A DNA stretch of 64,000 bases from positions 1 through 64,000 of the forward strand of contig JAAPAO010000027.1 of the NCBI GenBank assembly GCA_013115145.1, written 5' to 3'. The notes below the pieces were generated by a model. That model worked only from the letters and a program-made list of their open reading frames with translations. It was not told the origin of the DNA and ran no database searches. The stretch's first letter is position 1. The number at the start of each line of letters is the position of its first letter. Position numbers and translations under genes: made by a program. Shown here in pieces: positions 1-11,514 of the stretch. The stretch comes from Perkinsus chesapeaki ATCC PRA-425 (Eukaryota; Protista; Perkinsozoa).

Positions 1-1
1 T

Positions 2-97
2 CATCAGGCTCCCTACGTTGAGGTCGACATACCACGGTTCAAAGAAGATCTGCGTGCGGCTGAGCTCAACTGGAAGAAATGCTTTCAGCAGTTGTAG
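2..97 (+). CDS. 3' end of an unidentified CDS entering from the left edge (HQAPYVEVDIPRFKEDLRAAELNWKKCFQQL*)
   Basis: Open frame from position 2 to TAG at 95-97 with protein-like composition. Too short to identify. Confidence 0.35.
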   Translation, partial: HQAPYVEVDIPRFKEDLRAAELNWKKCFQQL

Positions 98-889
98 ACG
101 TAGTTGTTTGACATTAACATTTCATACTCGTCGCAATATGCGTTTTCCATAATCGGTGTTTCGTTCGATGAAGTCGTCACACTCGCAAGAGTTTCTGATC
201 TTTACTGAAGTTGGAAATCGGTAGGCGGTTGCTTGTGCGATATTCGGCAAAGTTCAGCTAGAACAGTAGTGATAAATTCAAGAACTATCGAAGGCCATGG
301 GATTCCTCATTGCCGACAGGTAATTACAAAAGCTCGTACGATACCACACGGACTGCAGGATAGTCCCGAAGGATTAGATAGCTCGACAGTAGATACTGCA
401 GGACTTCGAACTCGCAAGCCGACACCATACACCGTAGCATACACACCATTAAAATACACGCACGTACACCGTTCTGTTTCCAATAACGGTTTTCGGAAAA
501 TAGATGACAGTTATACCTCATTATCTCGTGTAACCTACAAGTTAAATGCCCCCCCGCGTTACCAAAGGATGCGAGATAGTTATCTGAGTAGGGCCGCGCA
601 AAACCCTACCAGAAAAAATCTGTCAACTTGACACTTCGGTGGAATGGACCAATTAGCGGCAAGTTTACGTGTGTTTTTGCGGATGTTTTTTCTTCACTTC
701 AAAGAATCTACATTGAATATCTGCATAAGAAGATTCACACCTCGCATGTACATGTGGACTTCGCATCAAGTACGTTGTTATCGAACGCGCCGATTCTCAA
801 TATGTTATTACCTATTTTGGGTGACTACTTAAGAACTCAAAACCATTTTACTAGGAAAGTATTACCACATAGGCATGCTCTATTGCCGA

Positions 890-2746
890 CTACGAAGTCC
901 CTTTGCAATGCATCTCAACGGTTTTCGCTGTTTCATTGAAAGGCAGTTTACGAACCAGCTCCATTAGTTCCGGCTTGGGGTCTGCCAAGGCTGCATCGCG
1001 CACTATATCCATCAAAGCTTCCGAGGGCTCCGCTCTAAGCAGCAGGCCGGCGACTGCCACCGGTGCCTCGTCCATGAGCGCCTCGATGATATGTAGCCTA
1101 CCGCCCTCCACTAGAGCGCCCACCAGCATCGACAGCAGCTCCGGATCCTCGTCCTCGACGATGGCTTTAGCGTGCCTTTTCACCACATTCTCGGCTAGAT
1201 TCTGAACACATACAGGAAGACTCTTTTGCTGTAGTGCAAAGACACAAGCTGTTGGAAGAGAGAGGAACAGCGACTTCAGTACGGCCATCGCCATCGATTC
1301 TTCATCGGCAGTCTGGTGTGGGCTTTTCAACAGGAGTATAGCCAGGTCCACAAGACCCGCCTCTGTCAAAGCAACCGGGAGAGAACACCTGGACTCCTCG
1401 GTTAAAGGGCATGCCCTAGAGACAGCTTTCCAATGTCGCAGTTGGTGGTGGCACAAATGCATAAGAGCAGTTAGGCAAGGACGAAGCCGGGAGTCATGGA
1501 GAGCTTCTAGGGGCTCCAGGAGGTCGGAGAGGGCAGATGCTATTATTGCTGAAATATCTGGACGAGATATCAGCTTGTCAGATAGCTCAGGGAGACAGTC
1601 TGTCAATATAGCTATCAGAAGGTCCCAGGATCGATCCTCGCCGTTGGGCATTTCGTTTAGCTTTGACACTGCGGACTCTAAAACCAGTTTGAAAAGCGCA
1701 CAGGACTCTCCGCAGACTTCGGTGGCTAGATAGGAATCTTTCAGCCCCACAGAGTGCACGCTTCGACCTAATTCCGCCGTAACCGCCTCATCCCCACTTC
1801 GCCGCAGTGCCTCCTTCAGCACAGGACAGACAATCTCCGGCGAGGCTTCCAAGAGGAGGCTACAAGTTCCGAGATGCTCGCTGCAGATCAACCGAACCAG
1901 TTCCGGCGGGAAAGTACGAAAATCCTCCGTAAGTCTCTTGGCGCAAATAAGCTGCACCTCGGGAGCGATACTAATACTGGACAAGATAGCCTGCAAATCG
2001 TCAATGTCCTCCGCTGACTCTATCATCTCCGTTTGCTCAACTACGGTCATAGCTCGTCCCAGCATCGACGCCACTAAGCCCAGAGTTGCGAACCACTTAT
2101 TCTCCTTAACCTTTTTAAATAACCTTTCTGCTGTCTCCACGGTGATGCACCTTCGCAGGCCGGGTTTGCCCAAGATGGGCATCAGATCCCTCTCGGTCAC
2201 TTTGTTTCCCTTTATGAGATTTTCGACTATCCCCGCAACAGCAGACGAATTCAAGTCGCAATCGTCTTCATCCGCAAGCTCCTCGCAGACACGAGCATGA
2301 TTCTTCTCGTCGAAGCTGAGCAGCCATGAGGCTCCCAGATGCCCGGAAGCAGAAAGAATTTTTCCCAAGAACTCCAGCGGACCGCTGTCTGTCGCCCCGA
2401 AAATCTCCTTCCTCGCTTCCACGTAGCCGGTATTTACAGAGACGGCAACATAGCCGACATCGACACCGCTAGCGCGCGAGCTGTTCGGGCCCGACTCTGC
2501 ATTGAGGAGGTCGAACTCCTGGTCTGAACCGTCGCTGAAGAACTCACTGGGGCTCGGAGAACTACTGTCACCGTCAGCCCTGACCACGTCGATGCGACCC
2601 TTCTCTACTACCACGCTGTCCCCAATGAGATTGTCTACTGCGTGAGCGCTGCCATCCACCAGGGCTAGGCTGATGCACCCATTGCCTGTTGTTATGGAAG
2701 TATCATCATGGCCGAGGAAGACGCGGAGGATTACCTTTCCAGACAT
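890..2746 (-). CDS. Hypothetical 618-aa single-exon protein, Leu/Ala/Glu-rich helical (ARM/HEAT-like) C-terminal region
   Basis: 630-codon uninterrupted ORF; first true ATG at 2746 (MSGKVILRVF). Amphipathic helical pattern over the last two thirds; no diagnostic motif recognised. Confidence 0.75.
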   Translation of the reverse strand: MSGKVILRVFLGHDDTSITTGNGCISLALVDGSAHAVDNLIGDSVVVEKGRIDVVRADGDSSSPSPSEFFSDGSDQEFDLLNAESGPNSSRASGVDVGYVAVSVNTGYVEARKEIFGATDSGPLEFLGKILSASGHLGASWLLSFDEKNHARVCEELADEDDCDLNSSAVAGIVENLIKGNKVTERDLMPILGKPGLRRCITVETAERLFKKVKENKWFATLGLVASMLGRAMTVVEQTEMIESAEDIDDLQAILSSISIAPEVQLICAKRLTEDFRTFPPELVRLICSEHLGTCSLLLEASPEIVCPVLKEALRRSGDEAVTAELGRSVHSVGLKDSYLATEVCGESCALFKLVLESAVSKLNEMPNGEDRSWDLLIAILTDCLPELSDKLISRPDISAIIASALSDLLEPLEALHDSRLRPCLTALMHLCHHQLRHWKAVSRACPLTEESRCSLPVALTEAGLVDLAILLLKSPHQTADEESMAMAVLKSLFLSLPTACVFALQQKSLPVCVQNLAENVVKRHAKAIVEDEDPELLSMLVGALVEGGRLHIIEALMDEAPVAVAGLLLRAEPSEALMDIVRDAALADPKPELMELVRKLPFNETAKTVEMHCKGTS

Positions 2747-2919
2747 GTAAAAACGGCTGATGGGAGGAGAGGCGAAGAACACAACTCAGAGGGAAGGGAG
2801 GCAATGGTAAAGTGTTGAGGGAAACGGCAGGGAACATTCTGACACCTCTAGCTAATATGACAAATAAACAGATACGCAGCTCCTCTTGGAAGGGCTGGAT
2901 TTACTGTGACAAACAGATG

Positions 2920-3615
2920 CTATACAGGAAGCGACAACACATCAGGAACCTTCTCCGTCATCACGTCCCGGCCAAAGTGACTCGCCTCACTCAGGAGGAC
3001 AATGCCGAGGAGGACCACAGGGCATAGAGGGACGTATGTGAGGGCAGCCATGTCGTAGACACCATGGCATAGCGCGGCCACGCCCAGAGACCACGGGCCA
3101 AAATCCGACTCGGGATCGATGGCAATTTGGGTACAGAATAGGTGGACTAGTGTGGGGATCGCCAAAGAGCCCAATTCAACCCAGAAAGAATCTGTCAGCA
3201 GAGGTACCGGACCACGAATAAAATTCTCCCAGGCAGAGAAGGACAGAGCTGCCCAAAGACCAACCGAATTGGGGGCGCGCGGGAAAATAGCACAGCTGCA
3301 GGCAACACCGATGCATTTAACGCACTCTTCCGCGAAGCCCGCCTTGATGAAGGAGAAGGCGAGGAGGCCGAGACCAGACCAGTCCACAAGAGAAGATAAT
3401 TTCTGGAAGACCGGGATCTGCAAGATAGTCACCATGGCCGTGCAGAGGTGGGCCTTCGATGGTCTTGGAGAGAGACAAAGCAATAGAAGGATGGGGTAGA
3501 TAGGGCGAACGACCTGAAGAGGGAGGAGCTCTTGTGCGGTGGCCAGGATGCCCAGTGTGATGGCGGCTGAAACAGCTTGAAGAGAAAAATTGTGAAGCAG
3601 AGCCGAAGTTAACAT
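2920..3615 (-). CDS. PrsW-family intramembrane glutamic/metalloprotease, single exon
   Basis: Multi-TM ORF with all four PrsW motifs in order: EExxK (AGFAEECVK), FxxxEN (LSFSAWEN), His (TLVHLF) and HxxxD (LCHGVYD). First ATG at 3615. Confidence 0.8.
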   Translation of the reverse strand: MLTSALLHNFSLQAVSAAITLGILATAQELLPLQVVRPIYPILLLLCLSPRPSKAHLCTAMVTILQIPVFQKLSSLVDWSGLGLLAFSFIKAGFAEECVKCIGVACSCAIFPRAPNSVGLWAALSFSAWENFIRGPVPLLTDSFWVELGSLAIPTLVHLFCTQIAIDPESDFGPWSLGVAALCHGVYDMAALTYVPLCPVVLLGIVLLSEASHFGRDVMTEKVPDVLSLPV

Positions 3616-4007
3616 CACATTAAAGAAGAACTGAGAACAGAAGGGATCTGCAAAAGGAGGGGATGAACGCAAGAGGGGATATAGAGGAATAATGGATGGG
3701 TTTCCCCATTGCTTTCAATGTATCAGGGTTGATGATGACGACCATAGAGATATAACAGCCATGTTTCGGCCGGGGAATGGTACAGTAAATATTGGTCGCC
3801 TAGAACTAAGAGGATACTACGCCTCACTATCAGCATCATCAACTTCACTTTGAGGAGGAGGAACAGAGGGCAAGTAACAACAAGAATAACAATCACACCA
3901 CTTGGTATTTACAACATTCTATTCGAATGTAGCATCGTCGTGGTTAATTCAACGTGCCCCGGTGTTATCGTAAGGGCATCTTATATGATAATAATCTACT
4001 AGGAGGA

Positions 4008-4628
4008 TCACGATGAGTAGTCCGAGCCTCCCGACTCCGAGCTGCCAGCTTCGGTGCTGCGTTCCCAGTCGCTACTACCGCCTCTTCGAGCCCCACGATG
4101 TCTCCCGGAGCTGCTGCACGGAGATTCCTTTCTAGAGTAACACCGAGGTAGCGGAGGCTCATCCATTGTATCCAGCTCCAAGCAAGCAAGCACTCCAAAT
4201 GGTATCATCGAGATCTCATCTCTGCCCTGAGGACCGTTGCTCCCCGGACCACCCGGAGAGGCTCGGTCTCGTCCATCAACGACGTCTGGCCTCCGCATAA
4301 CCTTGTAACAACCTCCACGTCTGGGATAGGGATCGTAGGCCGGCGGAGGGACACACTCGTGAAAGTAGCAGCCTTCTGTCCCGTGGCTTATGCCCTTCTT
4401 CGAGACGGGGCCAGCGGCTTGGCGCCACAGGGCTCGGTCATGCTCGTCCAGATTTAGCAAGACCTGATTGCACATCCGTTCGGTCATCTTAACTCTATTG
4501 GAGAAGTCTCGACTGCTGGCGAGCATGGAGATGGCGGGCTCTGGGCTGACAGGGGGGCCTAGGGGTCTCGAGGAGGAGGGGGTCAGGCAATAGGGGGGAG
4601 GAGGAGGGGGTACTGGTACACGATGCAT
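4008..4628 (-). CDS. Hypothetical Pro-rich protein (may have additional downstream exons)
   Basis: 206-codon ATG-initiated ORF, GC-richer than its flanks, with a poly-Pro N-terminus and a central GCYFHECVPPPAYDPYPRRGGCYK segment. No family recognised. Confidence 0.5.
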   Translation of the reverse strand: MHRVPVPPPPPPYCLTPSSSRPLGPPVSPEPAISMLASSRDFSNRVKMTERMCNQVLLNLDEHDRALWRQAAGPVSKKGISHGTEGCYFHECVPPPAYDPYPRRGGCYKVMRRPDVVDGRDRASPGGPGSNGPQGRDEISMIPFGVLACLELDTMDEPPLPRCYSRKESPCSSSGRHRGARRGGSSDWERSTEAGSSESGGSDYSS

Positions 4629-5545
4629 TTAGAGGAATGATATATATGCCAACTGAGGGAAAGCGCTGTAGGAAAACATTCATTATGTGAATAGATCTAA
4701 TCACTACTATTATTTATAATAAGATCCGCCATAAAGTGGCCGGTAATGGCGAAGGAAAAATTTGATGAAAAACCTGGAAATTTTAAGTGGGAGAAAGAAT
4801 GTCAATTAATGAGGCAAAAGATACGTTAAAAAGATGAGAAGTAATATATTATATAAAGCATCGAGGAGGTTAATTCATATCAATAAGAATGATGTACAAT
4901 ATGGCCTACTGTGGGGGACAAAAGGGATCGAGGATAGGTTTTATAGGCTCCATTATAAGGTTCATTGAAGTACCCTATAGAAGCTCCGAATACGAGGATA
5001 TCTATAAGAAAGAGTTTGCTGTAGACAAATAAGAGCAATATGATCTTCGGGAGAATGCAGGGGGCACTGAATCAACCTAGAAAATATCTTACGATCTCCA
5101 AGGAAAACGCGAGACTGGGTGAACGAGAAATGTTAATTCAAGTTGGCGAAGCGAGTACTTTCGGAATCCTAGGAAACTTATGAGATCGGAATAAAGCGGT
5201 TTTGATAATAATATAATGTCTAGGAGTAGAACGACATGAGAGGGAGACACAGATGAATATCCCATACGCAACAACCAAAAAAGGCAGAGGTTTTTGTATC
5301 GTCACGCGCCACGAAATTAGTGTGTCGTCTGAAAAATCTCGGAAATCTCCTCCCTAGTAAATACAGGTTTTTATGATGAAGAAAAACTATACACGTATAA
5401 CATTCTTGAGGATAAACGTATCTTGGAATTAGTGGCAATGAGAAACCTGAAGGTTTCGGAGATATGGGGCCGCTTACGGGTTCAAAAGCGTGGGTCAACC
5501 TAAGATACTCCTTTCTTAGGAACCCTCTGCGAAATTTGTATTCTG

Positions 5546-5931
5546 ATGGATCCTTCTGAAGGAGCTCCAAAGGCTACTGGAGGATTGATAGCTGATATAT
5601 GCCCTAAGGAAGTAACACTTACAGAAGATCAGCAAATGGATCTTAGAGTCCAACAGGTGGTATCTTAAGTTGATTAGAGTAAGATACGTAGAAGGTTAGA
5701 TTGCGATGTTCACGTCGAACGAGCGGTATATACAATCCCATCCAGAGCTACAGGAACTAATCAGCATATTTGTCCAGCGTGCCTTGGAGGACCGGCCCGA
5801 TAACGTCCTCGCCTATGCCGGAGAATTCTTCACCAGGTAGCGAATTTGCGGCACGAAGGGAAGGTGAGGCCCCTCTCAGAGATGATCTCTATGCGTTGGT
5901 GAGGTCAGAGAGAGAGGAAAAAACATATTAA
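5546..5931 (+). CDS. RIIAD1: RIIa dimerisation/docking (D/D) domain protein, RIIAD1-like, 3 exons
   Basis: Manual splice 5546-5656 / 5700-5836 / 5880-5931 (GT-AG, 43-nt introns) gives MDPSEG...QQMDLRVQQ-IAMFTSNERYIQSHPELQELISIFVQRALEDRPDNVLAYAGEFFT-R. This matches the RIIAD1 pattern NE.Yl.sHPE...li..f....L..rP.n...fa.efFt. Confidence 0.72.
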
Positions 5932-6345
5932 TTAAGCGTTATGAACTGATCCGGAATCGTCTTGTGTTGGAGTCAGCACGTGTCCGGTCTGGTGGGAATG
6001 GTTTCAGGCAACCTTGGCGGAACGGTGAGTGTCGAGTGCGCAGGGATTTGGGTATCAGTATATTCCTCATTACTAGATCATTATGGGTGCTCTTGAAGGC
6101 TTGCATGATCGTGAAATAAATAAATATTTTGGGAAGAATAATTCCCTTCGAAACCAATAATTCACGGAGGAGAGTAGGAGCCTTAAAGATGGCTCATTTG
6201 GTTTTGAAAAACAAGTGTACGCTTATAGTAAAAGCTGCAGTAGTCTGCTTTGTATAATACAACATACCTGTTTTGTAATCGCTCTATCGTCTGTTACTCT
6301 CAACAGCTGTGGTTTTGTGCCTGTATGTTTGCGTCTCGTAAAGTA

Positions 6346-6887
6346 TCTCGATCACATCGACGTAAGCGATCGGCCCAAGAAGAAGAGGACGTACTAGAGG
6401 AGGAGAATTCGGAGAGCCTCTCGTTGGATGATTTGAAGTAGTAATGCGATCAATCCAGGGAACCGGAGCTCCTTCTAGTACTCGATATCTGGAGCTCTTT
6501 GTGTGAGCTGCTCAACTCGTTCTGAAACCCGGTGTCACGTAGCATGAAGGGACATTAGCGTGTTCTCGTTAAGGACTCTTGAATGGGATGGAGCTTCCTT
6601 CTGCAGTCCATTGCATAAATGGTGCGGTGCTAGAGGGTACTTTTGCAGTGAGTGACGCATTTTGTGCGAATAATATATAGTTGCTGTTGGTTGTATATGA
6701 AGTAAGATTATTATTATTATTTCTATTAAGGGCCCTCCAACGGGAGAGATCGAGAGCGAAGGGAGTAGAGGCGGATAGGCATGCAGTTGAGATACAGCAG
6801 CAGCAGGAGAGTGAGCCGGAAGAGAAGGATGAGGAGGAATGGGGATTGTTAAAACGTAGTGACATTGGGAGGGATGTGAAGGTATAA
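6346..6887 (+). CDS. Probable coding exons of an unidentified charged protein
   Basis: Two Glu/Lys/Arg-rich open segments (SHRRKRSAQEEEDVLEEENSE; LQRERSRAKGVEADRHAVEIQQQQESEPEEKDEEEW) preceded by AG-ending AT-rich tracts. Full model not resolved. Confidence 0.25.
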
Positions 6888-7146
6888 AATCATTGTTCGG
6901 AGGTCGATGAGGATAAGATATACTCTCTATTACTCTTTATTTTATTTGTTTACATTGTATACTGTATATTATGTTCGACGATGATTGGTGTATTTGAAGT
7001 GATCCATACCTTTGTTAGTTGTGGAGTTTAGTGGTCCAACTTACTCGAATCATTTGTTGCTCAAAGGGCAACACTTGTTGCTTATTATGTGATAGTTCTC
7101 ATTACTGATATTGTAGAGTGACACTCGGATTAGCTGCTTGTGTTTC

Positions 7147-7186
7147 TCCGCTGAGCGAATTTTCCGCTGAGCGAATTTTCCGCTGA
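7147..7186. repeat. 16-bp tandem repeat (TCCGCTGAGCGAATTT) x2.5
   Basis: Two exact units plus an 8-nt partial unit, read directly. Confidence 0.9.
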
Positions 7187-7809
7187 AGTGGAATCCTTCA
7201 AAGCTCTCCTGTGACTGCAGAACAGAACTGTTCTACACACAATGGTGAGAGCAGGAGTCCTGTCCTGTCCACCAACGTATGTTATTGGTTGGTAAAAGGC
7301 CTTTTCTTCCTATATGGATGGGTGGGTAATCTAGGCGGCATTGGTGTGAGAAGTATTCAAGGTACCTTCAAGGATACCGGAGCTCGTTTGGGTACGGAAC
7401 ATGAAGTTGATAAACATATGGAAAAATGGGTTAATAGGAAGCTAGTGGAGATGGGACATAAAGTGGAAGAGGGAGGATTGGATACATCTAAAGGTGATAA
7501 TGTTATGAGGAGGGGTATATGCTGCTATTTGATCTTAAAAACGGAAAAGACGGTATGAAGGAAGTAGTTCATATATTACCTGTTGTATTACTGCTAAGCG
7601 AAAGTGTAGTCCCTCTTTCTATAGGAAATGACACCTACATATTATCTGGCCCTGTTATTCTCCATAGAGGAAGTTTACTTTGGACTTTAACCTAACAGAA
7701 CTGTGTTATGATAGGAGGTTACCAATATTTCCGGTACACATTATATGCCGTATCGATATAGGAAGTCCTATCAAATTTAGCGTAGTCTCGCAAAAATGGG
7801 CACTTATGC

Positions 7810-8452
7810 GTGGTTGCGTTCCGTGAAGTGATCCTTTCAGAAGGAGCGTCGTCACCGACAGCCGCGCCGCCGCCATCTAGGGTGGCAAAAGTGTTTGGGA
7901 GTATACCAGAGCATTTACAACATCAATCAACTACTGAGAAGAGGCTGCTGGAAGAAGCGAATCAATCATGGTCAATGGGACTAGTGGAGGTGGAGACAGA
8001 TCGACTGTAATAGGGGGAGACGTGACGGCAGAGATTCGTTCGTAATATGAAGATAAAGTGGAAATTTTGATGGGAAATATTCTTCTGGAGGAACGGAGGT
8101 ATCAAGTACATTCCTTCTGGGACTATTTGGTGGAGGAGTGGAGGCTCGAGGCATGTCTCTGGGAGCTTGGAGTTACCGATTGTGTTGTCTCGTTTTCATT
8201 AGGGAGGAGTTGAGGGCAATTGAGCGAGCGGAGGAGGCTAAGATGCGGTTCCTTGAAGAGGCTTCTAGGAAGAAGAGTTTTACTGATAAGGTGATATGGC
8301 CGACGGGAACGTATTTCGCTGGGCTCACCGAAATTCGGAGAAGTTGGACATGCATGTCGGGAAATGTTGGTATGGTTGTTAGGGTGGCCGGAATGATGGA
8401 AAGGGTAAAGACCGAGCGAAGGCGGCAGCGGGTATGGCAATGTCAGAGATAG
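7810..8452 (+). CDS. Probable exons of an unidentified multi-exon gene
   Basis: Successive purine-rich open segments (SEGASSPTAAPPPSRVAKVFGSIPEHL..., YEDKVEILMGNILLEERRYQVHSFWDYLVEEW, REELRAIERAEEAKMRFLEEASRKKSFTDK) with plausible splice sites. Phases not fully resolved. Confidence 0.3.
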
Positions 8453-8868
8453 TTAAACGAGCGCGAAATAAGTGACTTTCTCAAGGCTGTCGGGTTGGGT
8501 TCATTTGGCTGTCGATCTGAACGGGAACCTCCTGTAGACCAGATTATTTGTTTGACTAGTTCTGTCATGGGAGTTGCATTAGCCTATCCCGAAAGCGATA
8601 GTCAACGGAGTTTTACTCTAGGTCATTCAAAATGTGAAGTATTGATTTTTGGCAACTTGCCGTCGCACAAGCGCCAACGGACTGTGTAAAAGCTAGTAGG
8701 CTTTTCCAGTTGGTTTGTCGGAGAGGATAGTGGTCGCTCTATGGTTCAGGAATACGGGGTGTCATGTCGGTCTCACCTGGCAGTGTGCTGTGGGAATCGG
8801 AAGCGATGATAAATGTTGGAAACTAACTTGTTCGATTTTTCGAAGTTTAGTTTTACTTGATTATTTCT

Positions 8869-11120
8869 ATGATTGTATGCCGATATCCTCGGTTGGGGTT
8901 GCCAGTAGTGGCTCGGATAACTGCCAGTCGGCGGTCCTTTTGCACGACTAGTGCTCCTGAGGAAGCGACAGAGAAACCGTGGAAGAAGGCAGAACCGTTA
9001 AGTTTGAACCAAGCATTGTATTTAACAAGCGAGATGGGAATTTACACTACCAGAGAGATGCAATTGCGAGTCATGAAATCGCCTTCTTTTTCTACGGACA
9101 CAAATGCACCATTTGTACTTGAAGATTTCTTCAACTCGATGGATGAAGGGTTTAAGAAGCAAGAGGAGGACTTTGAGGTGTTGCACGTTGCAGATGAGAC
9201 GGAGGGAATGCTTGGCGAGGAGGAGGAGGAGGTTGATGAAGAGAAAGTCGATACGGTAATTCTGCTGTGGGGCCAACTTGCCGGACTATAAATTGGTATT
9301 TAGTGCGTGGAATCTGAACGTTGCGGGAAATGTAGTGGATTGGGACAAGCTATTTGCACTTGATACAACTTGTTATTTTTCGACGTGTTATTATACATCT
9401 GCGTGGATGGGCGGGCTTCATTGTATTCATATATGGCCGAATGCTTATCTGTACTTAGGTTAACCCTGTCATCCACAATAAGCTTGTCAGAGCCTTCGCT
9501 TCGGATCCACGGGACACTCGATCGTTTATGTATAATGGTGCTGAATGGAAGGAGCGAGCAGAAGGCAGAGGGCTGCGAAAGAGGGCTACGGCGCATGTAC
9601 GATGATACGTTCGATTATAGTCGAATAGGAGGACTTTTTGGATTGGCTATTTTTGAATATCAATAAAATTGTTAATATCAGATCTTTCATTACTGGTATT
9701 GGTGTATGTATAAGCTTTTCTTAGCCAGACCGATTTATCTACTCAACTGGATTTTAGATACTTTTCCAAATTTCGTTTAAAATTCCGGTGAATCTTACCG
9801 CGTATAGAGTGCCTTCGCTATGGCGGTTTGGTGATGCTATTTATGGCTCGGTGGGGGAGGGTAGCCGTCCGAGGTTGCAATACTACTGTACGCGCTTCAC
9901 TCTCGACCCTTTGGTATAGCTCCCTGCTTCCTGAATCTTTCAATGGGAAAGTAATACACTTGGGAGTTCTAAGGCAACGTGAAATTCCTGTCATTCGTAT
10001 ATTACCGGATTATGCTCAGAGAGATCAAATCGCTCTCAACTTGGTAGGATTTTTATATGGATTTTTCTGGTGGGCTTCAGTGTCTGCGAAATTCTCTTCT
10101 TCACCGCAACTCCTGTTATAAAAGCGTCTGGTGCAGGTTGTACTGCAGCGTGGAAGTGGTGTTATTAAGGTTAATGGTGATGAGGACTTCTACGTTAGAT
10201 TCCCTCTTTATTACAATAGGTGAGTGTGGGTAGAACGTCTCACACTGTGTTGTTTGGAAATGCTGTTCTCGAAGGGCTGAGACGTTTCGTAGTGAACGTG
10301 GACTTGATGCTGGGCTACATTTAAAGTATATGGTACCGGTTAATATCCAGCAAGATGTTTTCATTTATGTTGCCCTTCTTCTTGTATATCTTCTCAGCTG
10401 TATGGATAAGAGCCGTAGATGCGAGCATAGTATGGTTCAGCTCGATAGAAGAGCATTAATCACTTCCTTACTTGCCCACAACCTTCCCATGATTTGGCAA
10501 CATCCTTTTTTCTCAAGGTTGTAAGAGTCCTTAGTTCTTCGCATCCCTTGTCAGATTTGACGTGGTTCAGCCTCTCCTCATGTGTGGTGTTTGTGGAGTG
10601 TATGATGTCTTCATTGCTGTTGCTGGCGGTGGTACATCTGGTGAGTGTCATATCCCTCTTGCGATCTGCATTATATACGGCGCAAGTGCTACGAGTATAT
10701 TCTATATATATTTAACTAATAAGATGAAATATGGTATTATAATATTATAAATTTGTAGTTTATTCCATATTAATTATATATCTATAGATATCAAAATTTT
10801 AGTGGTTGAGTCCAATTTCCAGCTGTGCAATCTAGTACGATAGAGATGGTACGTATCTCTATCTATCTAGCTGGTTGTATAAAGGGTACTGTCCTCATTA
10901 AATATGCGGCATTTGCGGAATGAACCAAGCGCTGTTTTGATCAGGTCAAAGTGGCGCAATTCGGTTGGCTATAGGGCGAGCGTTGCTGGCTGCGAATCCA
11001 GCATGCGAGGAGATTCTTCGGGAGAACTGTGCTCTTTTCCAGGACCTTCGGCAAACCATATCAAAGATACCTGGTCACAAGGGACCGCGGAGTCGAGCTA
11101 CGAGATGGCATAAACGTTAG
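8869..11120 (+). CDS. MRPS9: Mitochondrial ribosomal protein uS9m (S9) with N-terminal transit-like peptide and acidic extension, 5 exons
   Basis: Exons 8869-9255, 9459-9596, 10137-10219, 10555-10640 and 10945-11120 join in frame to give AEGRGLRKRATAH-VVLQRGSGVIKVNGDEDFYVRFP...R-FDVVQPL...YDVFIAVAGGGTSG-QSGAIRLAIGRALL...DLRQTISKIPGHKGPRSRATRWHKR*, the uS9 motifs. The N-terminus is Arg/Ser-rich (RITASRRSFCTTS). Confidence 0.88.
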
Positions 11121-11514
11121 CTGGGTGAAATAGCATGTTGTGCTGCCGCTGCATGGTTGGTTTCTGATCGAAGATGATTCCTTGGTGTTTGTTTGGAGGG
11201 TACTTGAAGTGCAATTGTTGTCGTTGATGCATCACTGGTATTCAAGACTTGAGTTATTCCGACTCATTAAACTACTTGAAATTATTCCACGTCAATTTCG
11301 GATGTGGTGCTTCAATAGTGGCATATGCACCTTAGTGGAATATAGACGGATGGTAGATCGTTCGTGAAGGGTCCCTTGATGGCGTCCACTTGGCAGCGAA
11401 ATCTGATTGTGAATCTGCTCCTACTTGGGAATGACTTGTTCGGTATCCTTCTGCGAATAGCACCGTGTTATTACTAGTATTACTGTATTCTGCTATTTAG
11501 TATTACTATGTACA

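Noticed and set aside
233-939. ORFs 233-631, 324-521, 628-939 and 644-832
   Set aside because: Mutually overlapping, mostly non-ATG starts, no recognisable motifs; most likely intergenic or 3' UTR.
903-2527. Plus-strand ORFs within the 630-aa minus ORF (and the antisense ORFs in 50649-52307 and 62550-63223)
   Set aside because: Ser-rich antisense shadows of real genes on the opposite strand.
9304-9363. CGKCSGLG, resembling a DnaJ-type zinc-finger repeat
   Set aside because: Single repeat closed by an in-frame TGA, lying inside intron 1 of the uS9m model, which joins in phase without it.
10778-10791. 14-bp palindrome ATATCTATAGATAT (and a 9-bp stem hairpin near 10839-10863)
   Set aside because: Short, in a very AT-rich intron; expected by chance.
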